In this document: positions 62,860-64,000 of the stretch, in pieces
Layout of the letters: the number at the start of each line of letters is the position of its first letter
How positions within the stretch are numbered: the first letter of the stretch is position 1
Assembly: GCA_030324005.1 (NCBI GenBank)
Contig: JARDVH010000154.1
Location: forward strand, 20,556,397 to 20,620,396
Source of the DNA: Negaprion brevirostris
Lineage: Eukaryota
Length of the DNA: 64,000 nucleotides
Direction of reading: 5' to 3'
Notes under the pieces: generated by a model
What the model saw: only the letters and a program-made list of their open reading frames with translations
Told to the model about the DNA's origin: nothing
The model's database searches: none
Translations under genes and position numbers: made by a program

Positions 62860-64000
62860 CTAGAACACAGACCTAGGCCTAGACCTAGACCAACCTCCCC
62901 CCCTCCATAGGATACTCCTCACAACGCAGGAATTTCTTCCCACCTTAGTATCCCACCTACGGGACTCCCTCACCACCATCCCCCCACCCCCTCCCCCACC
63001 CCACCCCTCACCCATAGGAGTTCCCCCACTCCCTTCCACAGCTCTCTCCCAACCCATTGAAATCTCCCTATAACCCCAAAANNNNNNNNNNNNNNNNNNN
63101 NNNNNNNNNNNNNNNNNNNNNNNNNNNNNNNNNNNNNNNNNNNNNNNNNNNNNNNNNNNNNNNNNNNNNNNNNNNNNNNNNTCCCCCACTCCCTTCCACA
63201 GCTCTCTCCCACCCCATTGAAATCTCCCTATAACCCCAAAATTTGAGGTGGTAAGACCCAGACAGTGTAATGCATCCTGGGGGCCCAGTCTTAAAGTCCA
63301 AGAAAGTTGAAATGAAGGAGGCCACGGTCCCTTTTTTTATAGCTGTAAACCAGTTAAGTTTAATTGTCTTTGACAGGCCAGGGAGAAGGCAAGTATCTAA
63401 GGTAAGTGAATAGAATTGGAAGAGGGAGGGGGGAGGCAGGAAGGAATGAAAATTGGGGACATTCAGAGGTCGGGTGGAGACATCAGCGGTCAGATAAGGA
63501 GGTGGGAGGTCAGTGGTCTTGGTGGGAGGGGAATGTGGAATGGGGAGGTGGGGCAGGTCAGGTAGGTTCAGAAGCAGGGTGCTTATCAGAATCAGGCTTC
63601 AGGGGGTGAAGGGAGGATGTCAGTGGGGGATCTGAGCCTCAAGTGTGGTTGGGTTGGTGGGAATGCGAGGGGAACGGGAGGGCAGTGTAACGTGACTTCC
63701 TGTGTGGTTAGGATGGAATCCCGTGGGCTGTGGTAGTGGGAGATAGTGGTGGCAGGCGTTAGTGGGGGAGAGGGAGTCATGTCAGGGAAGGTCAGTCTGG
63801 GTGTGTACGGAGTTACCCTGACGATAGAAATGGTTCTAATCCTGCTAATCTTTTTTGGGTCACTGTTGGTGTAAGTAATCCTGTTGGATCCATCCGAAGA
63901 TTTAAATTCCATTTTCAGACGGTTCCTAATGCAGGGCAATTGTCCAGGGAAAGTTTGTATTTCTGGGCAACTGCTGTAAAAATCTTACCTGTGAACCTCT
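62860..64000. repeat. Strand-asymmetric C-rich then G-rich repeat block, probably non-autonomous DNA transposon-derived
   Basis: C-rich at 62880-63240 and G-rich at 63410-63810; similar GC-rich blocks at ~16120-16620 and ~28130-28700. Confidence 0.4.

Noticed and set aside
63022-63241. Near-identical 60-bp sequence on both sides of a 100-N gap
   Set aside because: Typical unmerged contig overlap; similar short overlaps flank the gaps at ~11654 and ~35744.
63989-64000. Strong donor AGAGGTTCACAG|gtaaga at the window edge that could be the preceding HDAC5 exon (R-F-T-G)
   Set aside because: Class IIa HDACs normally have FTTG here, only 12 nt are visible, and the site adjoins repeat-like sequence. 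It cannot be supported without the next window.

Overview
This is AT-rich, repeat-dense vertebrate genomic DNA, almost certainly from a shark or other elasmobranch (HE1/V-SINE-type SINEs, CR1-clade LINEs, Penelope elements), from a scaffolded assembly with several N gaps. The main feature is the 3' half of the class IIa histone deacetylase gene HDAC5 on the minus strand. It has 13 coding exons from 51792 down to the stop at 10757, all GT-AG with consistent phases, followed by a probable 3' UTR of about 3.7 kb ending near an AATAAA at 7047-7052. The most surprising observation is an intact exon of an unrelated gene, CACNB1 (L-type calcium channel beta-1), at 19595-19888. It lies on the same strand inside an HDAC5 intron, carries the beta1a/beta1c-type C-terminal tail, and is bracketed by two same-orientation SINEs and a 100-N gap, so it is either a real ectopic duplication or a misassembly. 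Other points of interest are a Penelope-derived palindrome with hammerhead-ribozyme cores on both strands, a candidate extra HDAC5 exon, an old duplicated ~250-bp intronic unit, a MITE with a CTCF-like motif, and a decayed LTR element. I found no evidence for a wholly new biological system. Exon coordinates were counted by hand. Repeat boundaries and family names are approximate and from recall, not database searches.
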